40,578 nucleotides of DNA from an uncultured Candidatus Saccharibacteria bacterium (lineage in GTDB: Bacteria; Patescibacteriota; Minisyncoccia; Phycocordibacterales; PALSA-1337). Position numbers and translations under genes: made by a program. Positions 27,205 through 34,912 of the stretch are shown here, piece by piece. The first letter of the stretch is position 1. Each line of letters opens with the position of its first letter. Under the pieces are notes generated by a model that had not been told where the DNA came from, ran no database searches, and saw only the letters and a program-made list of their open reading frames with translations. The stretch covers positions 1-40,578 of the forward strand of contig CAZKSQ010000001.1 of assembly GCA_964555555.1 (NCBI GenBank), given 5' to 3'.

Positions 27205-27417
27205 ATGCAAGTGAAAATCGGCTCTGGAATTGCAAACAAGGATCCGGATAATCGCGACTTTACTGTGACACTCATTCCGGAAACAGCAGAGGAAAATGAA
27301 GCACTGGAGATTATGAGATCTTTTTCCAGTATATCAAAGACCTTCCACGGCTTCTTGCGTTCTGCCTATGAGGTTAGTGTGCACGGAGTTGGTGTTACCG
27401 TATCCTTGTTCCCGTAA
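27205..27417 (+). CDS. Small hypothetical protein (70 aa)
   Basis: ATG at 27205 is preceded by AAAGGAG at 27190-27196 with 8-nt spacing, and followed by a terminator. No homology recognised. Confidence 0.5.
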   Translation: MQVKIGSGIANKDPDNRDFTVTLIPETAEENEALEIMRSFSSISKTFHGFLRSAYEVSVHGVGVTVSLFP

Positions 27418-27423
27418 GACTGT

Positions 27424-27452
27424 AGAGAGTATCCAGCTGGGTACTCTCTTTT
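27424..27452. terminator. Bidirectional terminator hairpin between the two convergent island operons
   Basis: AGAGAGTA-(10-nt loop)-TACTCTCT followed by TTTT. It lies between the stop at 27417 (+) and the stop at 27460 (-). Confidence 0.6.
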
Positions 27453-27459
27453 CATATAA

Positions 27460-29295
27460 TTAAAACTCTGCTCCGAAGATTTCCTTAAATTTTGTCGTAT
27501 GTTCGGTAACAGTTTTTTCATTCTGCTCTATTGCGTCCAAATCTATAATGAGATCATGCTGAAATCTCAGCTCCTTTCGGCTGAACATTATTTCGGACTT
27601 ACTCTTTTTGCTCTTCTCATGAGTATTTATCGCTACTTGTATGGCTTCATTATTTTGTTCAATATGTTCCTTGATAATTTTCAATCTCTCCGTTACGTGT
27701 TCAGCCATATCTACGTCATATATTTTTGAGATTTTATCCAAAACGCTTTTAAAGGCTAGAAGTTGGGAATAGCTGTTAATAAGATCATCTCGTCTTGCCA
27801 TAAAAGCGACCCCCAATGCCGCATCTTTGAACTTTAAAACTTCCTTACTATCCTCTACGATTTCCTCGAAAAAAGCGTTTCCTCTTGTAAGAGCAGAAAT
27901 TTTTGAAACAGTCATGCCAAACATACTGAATATATCCGCCTCACCCTCATCATTCATGCTGCAGACCAAAAGCTCCTGATCAAGGTGTTCGCTTTTGTGA
28001 TCGGGGTCATTTTCGTCATAAACCAGACCCAAATTTGGATCATATCTGTCTACTTGTTCCTTGAATTTTATGACAAAATCGTAATCTTCAGTAAAAGCGC
28101 ACAAGCTTTCGCCGCTGATAACACTTCCTTCGAATGGCTCAAACGCGACTTTTTCTTCAATTTCGCCTTTTTCTGTTATTTCAATGCCAATATTTTCTAA
28201 TACTTTTCTGGCTGTTTCCAGTTCGCCGTTATACAGGCCTTTGCTGTAAAGCATATCTTTTCTGGTTTCTTCTTCAGTTCGCTCGCGCAACACAAGCTCA
28301 CCAGAAATGACATGACCTTGTAGAATATTTCTGGCCTCGACTTTCGTCGAAAGCCATCTGTCTAACAGCTCCGAGGAATTACTTACTGAAAGCGGCCGAT
28401 AATCATTAAGGATTCCTGCTTCTATTCCTATACGGAGACCTTCCTTGAGCATTTCCTCAACTGATATTTTGTGTTCCGCGGCGTATGACACAACTGATGC
28501 AGTCACATCATTGCAGGTGACGCTGTCTTCGTCGTCACATTCCTGATTTTTAGATAACGGTTTGCCGTTAATTTTAATACCCTTACTCCTCAAAAAGTAT
28601 TTAGCGACCTCGACCAAAGGGATGCAGGCAAAATAATGAAAAAGCTGGTATTCCTTGGCGAATTTATTATAGCTTTTTTCTGCTACGAGTTCCGCCAGTC
28701 TTTCTTTGGCTGTGTCCGAGAGTTCAGATTTTCCGTTGTATAGATTTGCCAAGATTTCTTCTTGATCAAGATATTGGTGGTCAGTTTCAATATCGGGGTA
28801 GAGTTCATTCATTTTCTCTTTGTCTTCTGAGCTAAGCATCTGAAATGCGAGGTTATATACGGCATGTTCTAAGTCAACACCTTCTCGTATTTTTACTGCT
28901 CTTTGCTTAGTTGCAATCTCTGTTGCTTCTTCTACAGTCACTTTCTTTATTTGCTTCAAGGTATTAATGCATCCCGCCATCTCTCTGTGACCGGGATACG
29001 AAAGGAGCTTCATGATTATCGGCAGTTGTGATAGGTACGCTATTTTTGCATCCTTGTAAATGAGTTCTGCTTCGATTTCCATCCTGCCGGAATATTTCCA
29101 ACCGTCGTTTAAACGATTCCATTCTCGCGCCTCAGTGCTATTGTTTGAGTGCCAATTTTCTAGAGCATCCTTGTCTGCCGGAGTAAGTATTTCTTTGCCA
29201 GTCTTCATTTTGTGCACGTCATTTTTTATGAGCAGCAGGAATCTCTCCCGTGCCGTAAGATTTCCTCGATGAAGCATATTTGTGAGATTTTGCAT
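27460..29295 (-). CDS. Hypothetical 611-aa acidic, predicted helical protein (no recognisable domain)
   Basis: Long uninterrupted ORF, last gene of the minus-strand island operon. Its start is 1 nt after the upstream stop. Glu/Asp/Lys-rich, with no TM segment and no catalytic motif I can name. Confidence 0.7.
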   Translation of the reverse strand: MQNLTNMLHRGNLTARERFLLLIKNDVHKMKTGKEILTPADKDALENWHSNNSTEAREWNRLNDGWKYSGRMEIEAELIYKDAKIAYLSQLPIIMKLLSYPGHREMAGCINTLKQIKKVTVEEATEIATKQRAVKIREGVDLEHAVYNLAFQMLSSEDKEKMNELYPDIETDHQYLDQEEILANLYNGKSELSDTAKERLAELVAEKSYNKFAKEYQLFHYFACIPLVEVAKYFLRSKGIKINGKPLSKNQECDDEDSVTCNDVTASVVSYAAEHKISVEEMLKEGLRIGIEAGILNDYRPLSVSNSSELLDRWLSTKVEARNILQGHVISGELVLRERTEEETRKDMLYSKGLYNGELETARKVLENIGIEITEKGEIEEKVAFEPFEGSVISGESLCAFTEDYDFVIKFKEQVDRYDPNLGLVYDENDPDHKSEHLDQELLVCSMNDEGEADIFSMFGMTVSKISALTRGNAFFEEIVEDSKEVLKFKDAALGVAFMARRDDLINSYSQLLAFKSVLDKISKIYDVDMAEHVTERLKIIKEHIEQNNEAIQVAINTHEKSKKSKSEIMFSRKELRFQHDLIIDLDAIEQNEKTVTEHTTKFKEIFGAEF

Positions 29296-29296
29296 G

Positions 29297-29515
29297 TTAT
29301 TTTCTCTTTTTTAGCGTCTGCTCAAGAAATTCAATCCTCTCTTTCAGGTTCGAGACCTCGATCATCTTTGAAAAGGCAAGAGCCAGGCGCGATACGACCA
29401 CGGCGCGTCGAAGCGTGGTTTTTCTTTGGGCTACTTCCTCCAGTGTTTCAGAGACGATTGTGGCCGCATCTTCTAAGCTCATGCATTTCTTTTCATTTTT
29501 GTCTGGTGTATTCAT
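29297..29515 (-). CDS. Small coiled-coil-like protein (72 aa)
   Basis: ATG at 29515 lies 11 nt after the upstream stop. The longer 29554 start would overlap the upstream gene. Contains a heptad-like LKERIEFLEQTLKKRK. Confidence 0.5.
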   Translation of the reverse strand: MNTPDKNEKKCMSLEDAATIVSETLEEVAQRKTTLRRAVVVSRLALAFSKMIEVSNLKERIEFLEQTLKKRK

Positions 29516-29526
29516 AATATTGTCGG

Positions 29527-29916
29527 TTACATTCCTTCCACGATCTCCATCCAAGCCCTCACTTCTGCCGCTTTGCCTGTTTTGGTTGCTTCGCGGTAGA
29601 GTGCGGATAGCACGTTTGGAGTCAATTTCTTAGCCCACGAGGAAATATTTTTCATGAGCCCGCCTGATTCCTCGATTTTCTTGTTCCACGCGGAAAGTGT
29701 TCCTAAATCTTTTATGCCGAATCGTTTGGCAAAATCGGTCTGATTCTTGATATCAAGAAGTGCCATAGCCATTTCGTCATCGATGCCAAGCTTCTCGATT
29801 ACATGTCTTGGCTGTCCGCGGAGAATCGAAGGCATTGATCGCCAAAGCACATAGGATTCGAATTCCTGCTTTTTGTATATGTTCAAGGATTCGCCATCTT
29901 TCGCATCGTTTTCCAT
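29527..29916 (-). CDS. Small phage/plasmid-type HTH DNA-binding protein (weak resemblance to terminase small subunit)
   Basis: 129 aa. NQTDFAKRFGIKDLGTLSAWNKK looks like an HTH, and the C-terminal ALYREATKTGKAAEVRAWMEIVEG resembles phage small HTH proteins. The resemblance is weak. Confidence 0.5.
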   Translation of the reverse strand: MENDAKDGESLNIYKKQEFESYVLWRSMPSILRGQPRHVIEKLGIDDEMAMALLDIKNQTDFAKRFGIKDLGTLSAWNKKIEESGGLMKNISSWAKKLTPNVLSALYREATKTGKAAEVRAWMEIVEGM

Positions 29917-29921
29917 ATGTT

Positions 29922-30689
29922 TTAAACATGCTGTATGAGTTCAGCTTTTCTATTTGTTAATTTCTCCCATCGCTCGACTATGGTGGAGCAGTACGATTCT
30001 TCATATTCGATGGCAAGGCATCTTCTACTCAATTGTTTGCAGGCAATGAGAGTTGATCCTGATCCGGCGAATGGGTCATAGACTATGTCTCCTGGCTTCG
30101 TACTGTGATATATGAGGCGACGCAGTAGTGCGGGCGGTTTCATGGTCGGGTGGAGCCTGCTTTTATTCGGCTTCGGGTAAAAGAGAGCGGTTTTGTCCTT
30201 ATTGCCGAAGTAAGGATGTGTGCCGTACCAGCCATAAAGTATGAGCTCATGTTGAGGGTGAAAGTCCTTACGCCCCATGACAAGGTGATTCTTTAGCCAG
30301 ATCAAAAGAGCTGATTTTGTGAAATTACTATCGTGCAGGGCGTTCAAAAGCTCTCGCAGTTTTGCGTCGCTATTGAATATGTAAAAAGCATTCTTCTCGT
30401 ACAAATGAGGTTTTATAACCCAAAGCCAATTCTTTGAAAAACTATAATAATCTGTTCCAATATTATCACCTTTGATGGGGATAAATTCTTTCCCGTTTAC
30501 TCCTTTGTGAATAGTTTGCAGGAATTCCTGTTTGTTTTCGACATACCCGACTCCATAGGGTGGATCGGTCAAAATAAGCGTCACCTTGTCATTTATGATT
30601 AATTTGTCGACATTTTCTTTCTTGGTTGCATCTCCTAGAAGGAGACGGTGATTGCCTAGCTTCCACATTTTAATTAATTTTTTGTGCAT
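29922..30689 (-). CDS. DNA methyltransferase, beta-class N6A/N4C (DPPY, then FxGSG)
   Basis: Contains LGNHRLLLGDAT, LILTDPPYGVGY, HPTMKPPALL and YDPFAGSGSTLIACKQL. Start is ATG at 30689 or 30668; the longest ORF runs to 30746. Confidence 0.85.
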   Translation of the reverse strand: MHKKLIKMWKLGNHRLLLGDATKKENVDKLIINDKVTLILTDPPYGVGYVENKQEFLQTIHKGVNGKEFIPIKGDNIGTDYYSFSKNWLWVIKPHLYEKNAFYIFNSDAKLRELLNALHDSNFTKSALLIWLKNHLVMGRKDFHPQHELILYGWYGTHPYFGNKDKTALFYPKPNKSRLHPTMKPPALLRRLIYHSTKPGDIVYDPFAGSGSTLIACKQLSRRCLAIEYEESYCSTIVERWEKLTNRKAELIQHV

Positions 30690-31932
30690 GGTCTCCGGTG
30701 AAATGCTCATAACGGCGAACGATGAGGTCGCAGAATGTCGGGTCAAGTTCGACTAAAAATGCCCGACGCTTCAGTTGCTCTGCGGCGATGAGTGTTGAAC
30801 CGCTACCGCCAAAGAGGTCGAGTATAATCTCACCCGGTGCGCTACAGCGTTTCATTGGCTTTTCGTTCAGTGTGATCGGTTTCTGGGTTGGATGTTCGTA
30901 GTCGGCAGTGTTGTCGCGCTTAACGAGCCATAGCTGGACGATTGACATAATGTCGTCATATGAGCCGATCGAATTTACCTCTTTGTTCAATACCTCGGAA
31001 AGATTCTTAACACTCGGGTTCAGTGCTGGACTGCCTCTCGTGCCATATACGCAAGGCTCGATAACTTTATTGAATGCCACCTGTGGTGTTGGATCAAAGT
31101 TATTTTTTACCCAGAAGCAAATACGACGGTTGACCATGCTATTTTTCTCATACAGGTTCTGTAGTAACCAGACATATTTTTCGTCACACCAATAGAAGAC
31201 ATGGACATTGGGATTGCTGGCGGCTAAAGCATTTCTTAGCGATTGTTCAATAAATGATTCATACTCCCTCGTGCCTTTATTGTCGTTCACCATATTATCC
31301 GGCGTATATTTGCCCTTGGTGCCAATACCTTTACGGTAGTCGAGGCCTATATTGTATGGAGGATCGCAGTAAATCATATCAGCCTTTTCTTTACCCATGA
31401 GCTTTGTGACAATGTTTGGATCCAGTGCGTCCCCACAAATGAGACGGTGTTTGCCAAGTTCATAGATATCGCCAACTTTCGTTTCCGGCGTGGTTATCTT
31501 CGCCAATTCTTGCGGAACGTTAAATCCATCATCAGAAATATCAAGCACATCGTCAAAGAAATTATTGAGATCATCCGGTGTAAAGCCGACATCAAGAAGC
31601 ATGTTTGTATCAAAAAGCTTCAGAAGCTCCTCATCCCAATTTCCCAGATTTTTGTTTAGCCGTAGGTTCAGCTCTTTTTCGCGCTCGATTTCCGGAATGT
31701 CGAGATATACTACGGGTACTTCAGTGAAGCCTAGCGTAGTCGCAACCTTAAAACGCAAGTGTCCACCGATTAAAATATTCTTTCTAGCAGGTGCACCATT
31801 AACGATGAGGGGATCGCATAGTCCGAAGCGCTTGATGCTCTCGGTCATGTCAGAGATAATTTTGTCGTCCCATTTTCTGGGATTGTAGGCGGTCGGCTTC
31901 AATTCTTTGATTTGTACTTGCTCTATTTTCAT
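30670..31932 (-). CDS. ParB-like nuclease domain fused to a beta-class DNA methyltransferase
   Basis: The N-terminus (IKELKPTAYNPRKW...SIKRFGLCDPLIVNG) is ParB/Srx-like. This is followed by GKHRLICGDA, IYCDPPYNIGLDY, HPTQKPITL and LDLFGGSGSTLIAAEQL. Confidence 0.85.
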   Translation of the reverse strand: MKIEQVQIKELKPTAYNPRKWDDKIISDMTESIKRFGLCDPLIVNGAPARKNILIGGHLRFKVATTLGFTEVPVVYLDIPEIEREKELNLRLNKNLGNWDEELLKLFDTNMLLDVGFTPDDLNNFFDDVLDISDDGFNVPQELAKITTPETKVGDIYELGKHRLICGDALDPNIVTKLMGKEKADMIYCDPPYNIGLDYRKGIGTKGKYTPDNMVNDNKGTREYESFIEQSLRNALAASNPNVHVFYWCDEKYVWLLQNLYEKNSMVNRRICFWVKNNFDPTPQVAFNKVIEPCVYGTRGSPALNPSVKNLSEVLNKEVNSIGSYDDIMSIVQLWLVKRDNTADYEHPTQKPITLNEKPMKRCSAPGEIILDLFGGSGSTLIAAEQLKRRAFLVELDPTFCDLIVRRYEHFTGDHAQKIN

Positions 31933-32001
31933 GATAGTTGTTTATGTATTACTGATAAGTGAAGTATAGTAACTATTTAAGGCAAAAAAATATGTTGATA
32001 A

Positions 32002-32544
32002 TCAAAATCCGCCGAGTTTTGGCACTTTCACGGCGAAAGAAAGACCAAGCTTTTTCAACTGGATTTTGGCCACATCAAGACTAACTTTGAAGATTTTTGC
32101 GATATCTTCGATATATACGGCTGGTGTTGTTTTGTATATCTCACGAATCACTACTTCTGGCATCAGAATATTGCCGGAAAACTCATCACAAAGCCTTTCA
32201 TCCCAAGTTTTGCTGTTTGCCGAACAGTAGACTGTCTTCGGTTGATTCGGGAACAAAACCATGTGTGCTAGTTCATGCCCGGCCGAAAAGCGCTGACGTT
32301 CGATGACCTCTCTCTCATTTATAGCAACGATCCATCCCGCATGCATGTCTTTTGTTGAAAAAGCTGACGTGCTTTCGGGGAAAGGAATATCTAATCTTTG
32401 GGCGATCTGGACATCACCGACGTATGACTCGATGATGTCGGTTATAGGGATAGGAATCTTAAATAGACCGCAGTCAGCGGCTTCCTTTAGGATTTCATTT
32501 ACTTTGTTATTGGCTTTGATCCGCCATTCGGGAGGAATTAACAT
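32002..32544 (-). CDS. ImmA/IrrE-family zinc metallopeptidase
   Basis: HELAHMVLF supplies the HExxH motif in a DUF955-like context. ATG at 32544 lies 7 nt after the XRE gene stop. This is the typical ImmR/ImmA pairing. Confidence 0.8.
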   Translation of the reverse strand: MLIPPEWRIKANNKVNEILKEAADCGLFKIPIPITDIIESYVGDVQIAQRLDIPFPESTSAFSTKDMHAGWIVAINEREVIERQRFSAGHELAHMVLFPNQPKTVYCSANSKTWDERLCDEFSGNILMPEVVIREIYKTTPAVYIEDIAKIFKVSLDVAKIQLKKLGLSFAVKVPKLGGF

Positions 32545-32551
32545 GGTAAGA

Positions 32552-32890
32552 TTAATTATTAAATTGTTTCTTGATAAGCTCAATGAAAGCTTCGACTGCC
32601 TTGCTCTGTGTATCGTCAAGATTATATTTAGCTCGAAGAAAGGTCGGGGTGCTTGCTTTGGCGATGTAGTCTTCTTGGGTTATACCTGCCTTAGTTAATA
32701 TTAGCTCGACAGGTTCTTTGAGGCCGTTAGCGATTTGTCGAAGTGTTCTAATTGACGGGGAATCTTCGGCGTACTCTCCCTGCTCCAATCGTGAAATATA
32801 TCCGCGGGTAAGCTTGGCATCCTGAGCGAGCTTTTCCTGCGTCATATTTTTATCCTCACGCAAAGACTTTATGACATCGTGCAGTTTCAT
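32552..32890 (-). CDS. XRE-family helix-turn-helix transcriptional regulator
   Basis: IKSLREDKNMTQEKLAQDAKLTRGYISRLEQGE is a canonical Cro/C1-type HTH. Confidence 0.85.
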   Translation of the reverse strand: MKLHDVIKSLREDKNMTQEKLAQDAKLTRGYISRLEQGEYAEDSPSIRTLRQIANGLKEPVELILTKAGITQEDYIAKASTPTFLRAKYNLDDTQSKAVEAFIELIKKQFNN

Positions 32891-33297
32891 AGCTTCAGTT
32901 CAACTTATACTTCTAATGCTTCGACTGCATGAAGTATACCAAGCATGGCTACAAGGTTACAATAGTGTACATCTGTGGATATTGTACTATAGCACTAAAT
33001 ATTATTCTTGTCTATTTATTTACGAAGCCCAAATACTGTCGACTTACCTAAATGAGAATAGTTAATATATCTTTATATTAGGCCATTATTTGGCAAAACG
33101 GACCATCAAACAAGTGCTTAGGATTTGGCTTTGTTTGGGTTTTGCACCATCATTAAAATGCCTGATTTGCTGAAATATGACCCCTATGCGGAGGGGTAAA
33201 GGTTCTACTTGATGTGATGCTCAGGAACCCTTACACTGCCTAACATCACTCCGTCCGAGACGCGGATGGAGCACAAAAACGAGTGCAGCGAGTTTTT

Positions 33298-33432
33298 GTG
33301 CTCCAAAGCGACGCGCCTTCGCGCGTTGCGCGCAGGAATCGAAAAGGTCGAACATATTTTTGAGGGGGCATCCTCCCTCAAAAATGTGAGACCTGTATAG
33401 GTCCTGTAAGGACAGATTCCTGCTGGGAGCAC
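33298..33432 (+). ncRNA. Structured element copy A (about 135 nt), ending in the tRNA-Arg(CCG) 3'-end duplicate
   Basis: Four helices: GTGCTCC/GGAGCAC (closing); hairpin 33308-33329; GCAGGAATC/GATTCCTGC (33332-40 / 33415-23); hairpin 33356-33385 with loop GGCATCCT. It is homologous to 36535-36670, with compensatory changes. Transcription is not demonstrated. Confidence 0.45.
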
Positions 33433-33470
33433 TGTGTTTAGATATGTTCTATCGTATTTGATTATTGGAT

Positions 33471-33479
33471 GCTATAATT
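33471..33479 (+). promoter_or_regulatory. Extended -10 element TGcTATAAT, 6 nt upstream of the BI-1 ATG (candidate leaderless transcript)
   Basis: TGCTATAAT at 33471-33479 and ATG at 33486. No Shine-Dalgarno sequence can fit between them. Confidence 0.35.
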
Positions 33480-33485
33480 TTTGCC

Positions 33486-34325
33486 ATGACAACGCCAGAA
33501 ATGTTGAACTTCATTCGCTTGCAGATCCAGGGTGGCCATAATGCTGAAAGCATTTCAAGCATGCTTATATCTCAAGGCTGGACAACCGATGATGTAAATG
33601 AAGGAATCGTGGCGGCAAAAAGTCTTCAGCCAAAGGAACAAATTATCACAGTCGAATATGCTCGCGCGGAAATAAACAATTTTATTCATAGAGTCTATGC
33701 ATGGATGACTGGCGGCCTTGCTATCACTGGTGCTATTGCTTACCTCGTATCGAACAATGACAATCTTACCCAATTAATTTTAGGAAATCTTTTCATATTT
33801 TTTGGATTGCTTATTGCAGAACTTGTCTGTGTCGTATATCTTGCTCGCGCTGTCCAGAGCATGAATTCTATTCAGGCGGCTGTCATCTTTTTGCTCTACG
33901 CCGCATTAAACGGCCTTACTATCTCGGTTATTTTTCTTGTCTATACAATTTCTTCGATCGGTTCAGTTTTTATTATAACCGCTGGCACATTCGGTTTGAC
34001 GAGTCTTTACGGTTTCTTCACAAAGAAAGATCTGACCACAGTCGGAAATTTTGCTGTAATGGCCCTTATTGGCATAGTGCTCGCTTCTGTAGTTAACCTT
34101 TTCTTTTACAATGACACCACTTCTCTCATAATTTCCTATATTGCCGTTCTGGTGTTTGTGTTGCTTACGGCTTGGGATACGCAGAAAATCAAAAACCTTA
34201 ATGCCATAGTCAAGATAGGGACCGAGATCGAAAGGAAAGAATCAATAGTTGGGGCGCTTACATTATATCTTGATTTCATCAATCTATTTTTGAACCTTCT
34301 GCGTATCATGGGTAGACGCAGGTAA
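33486..34325 (+). CDS. BAX inhibitor-1/YccA-family membrane protein with an N-terminal extension of about 45 aa
   Basis: Seven predicted TM helices. RVYAWMTGGLAITGAIAY and the C-terminal GALTLYLDFINLFLNLLRI are typical of the BI-1 family. Confidence 0.8.
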   Translation: MTTPEMLNFIRLQIQGGHNAESISSMLISQGWTTDDVNEGIVAAKSLQPKEQIITVEYARAEINNFIHRVYAWMTGGLAITGAIAYLVSNNDNLTQLILGNLFIFFGLLIAELVCVVYLARAVQSMNSIQAAVIFLLYAALNGLTISVIFLVYTISSIGSVFIITAGTFGLTSLYGFFTKKDLTTVGNFAVMALIGIVLASVVNLFFYNDTTSLIISYIAVLVFVLLTAWDTQKIKNLNAIVKIGTEIERKESIVGALTLYLDFINLFLNLLRIMGRRR

Positions 34326-34327
34326 TC

Positions 34328-34882
34328 ATGCTTTACACCCGCAAAGGCGACTCCGGCACCACAAAAGCATTCGATTCGCGCCCTGGCGAGCGAATGTCAA
34401 AAGGCTCCTGCCAAACCGAAGCCTTGGGCGCTCTGGACGAGCTCAATTCATTCCTGGGGCTCGTTAAGGTCAAGGATACTGTCAGATGGACTGTAGATTG
34501 GAAACAGCTCGCTGATATCATCCTTTGGGCCCAGAATTGCCTGTTCATCATCCAGGCAGAAGTTGCTGGCGCGGACAAGAAAATAGCCAAAGATAGAGTA
34601 GGCGAGCTCGAAAAGTTGACGGATCTTATCGAAAAAGAAATGCCGCCTATAAAAAACTTTTTCATTTCTGGCGGCACGGAATTGGCGGCACTGTTGGATA
34701 TTGCAAGAACGATGGCACGCAGGGCAGAGAGGGAAGTTGTGAGGGCGGCAGAGAACAAAGAGATCAAGGTCGGAACAGATACGCTGGCTTTTTTGAATAG
34801 GCTCTCATCTTTGCTCTATGTCTTGGCGCGCTATGCCAACTATAAGGCAGGTGTCGGAGAAAAAGCGCCGTGGTATAATTGA
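34328..34882 (+). CDS. ATP:cob(I)alamin adenosyltransferase, PduO type
   Basis: The N-terminus MLYTRKGDSGTT, then LGALDELNS...IQ....A and LAFLNRLSSLLYVLAR, match the PduO/MMAB family pattern. Confidence 0.85.
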   Translation: MLYTRKGDSGTTKAFDSRPGERMSKGSCQTEALGALDELNSFLGLVKVKDTVRWTVDWKQLADIILWAQNCLFIIQAEVAGADKKIAKDRVGELEKLTDLIEKEMPPIKNFFISGGTELAALLDIARTMARRAEREVVRAAENKEIKVGTDTLAFLNRLSSLLYVLARYANYKAGVGEKAPWYN

Positions 34883-34912
34883 GCCAGTTTTTTATCAATT
34901 ATTTCAATATTA

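Larger units (their letters stand above)
13554..33432. mobile_element. Putative integrated genomic island (about 19.9 kb) at tRNA-Arg(CCG), with a large serine recombinase
   Basis: The 18-nt GATTCCTGCTGGGAGCAC (tRNA-Arg 3' end, 13554-13571) recurs at 33415-33432. A recombinase gene sits 90 nt from the tRNA. An XRE/ImmA module lies at the other end. The interior is visibly more AT-rich. The exact ends are uncertain (see findings). Confidence 0.6.

Noticed and set aside
13554-33432. Prophage interpretation of the island
   Set aside because: No capsid, portal, large terminase, tail or lysis genes are recognisable. The only phage-like items are the XRE/ImmA switch, the ParB-methyltransferases and a weak small-HTH protein. 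I call it a genomic island or integrative element instead.
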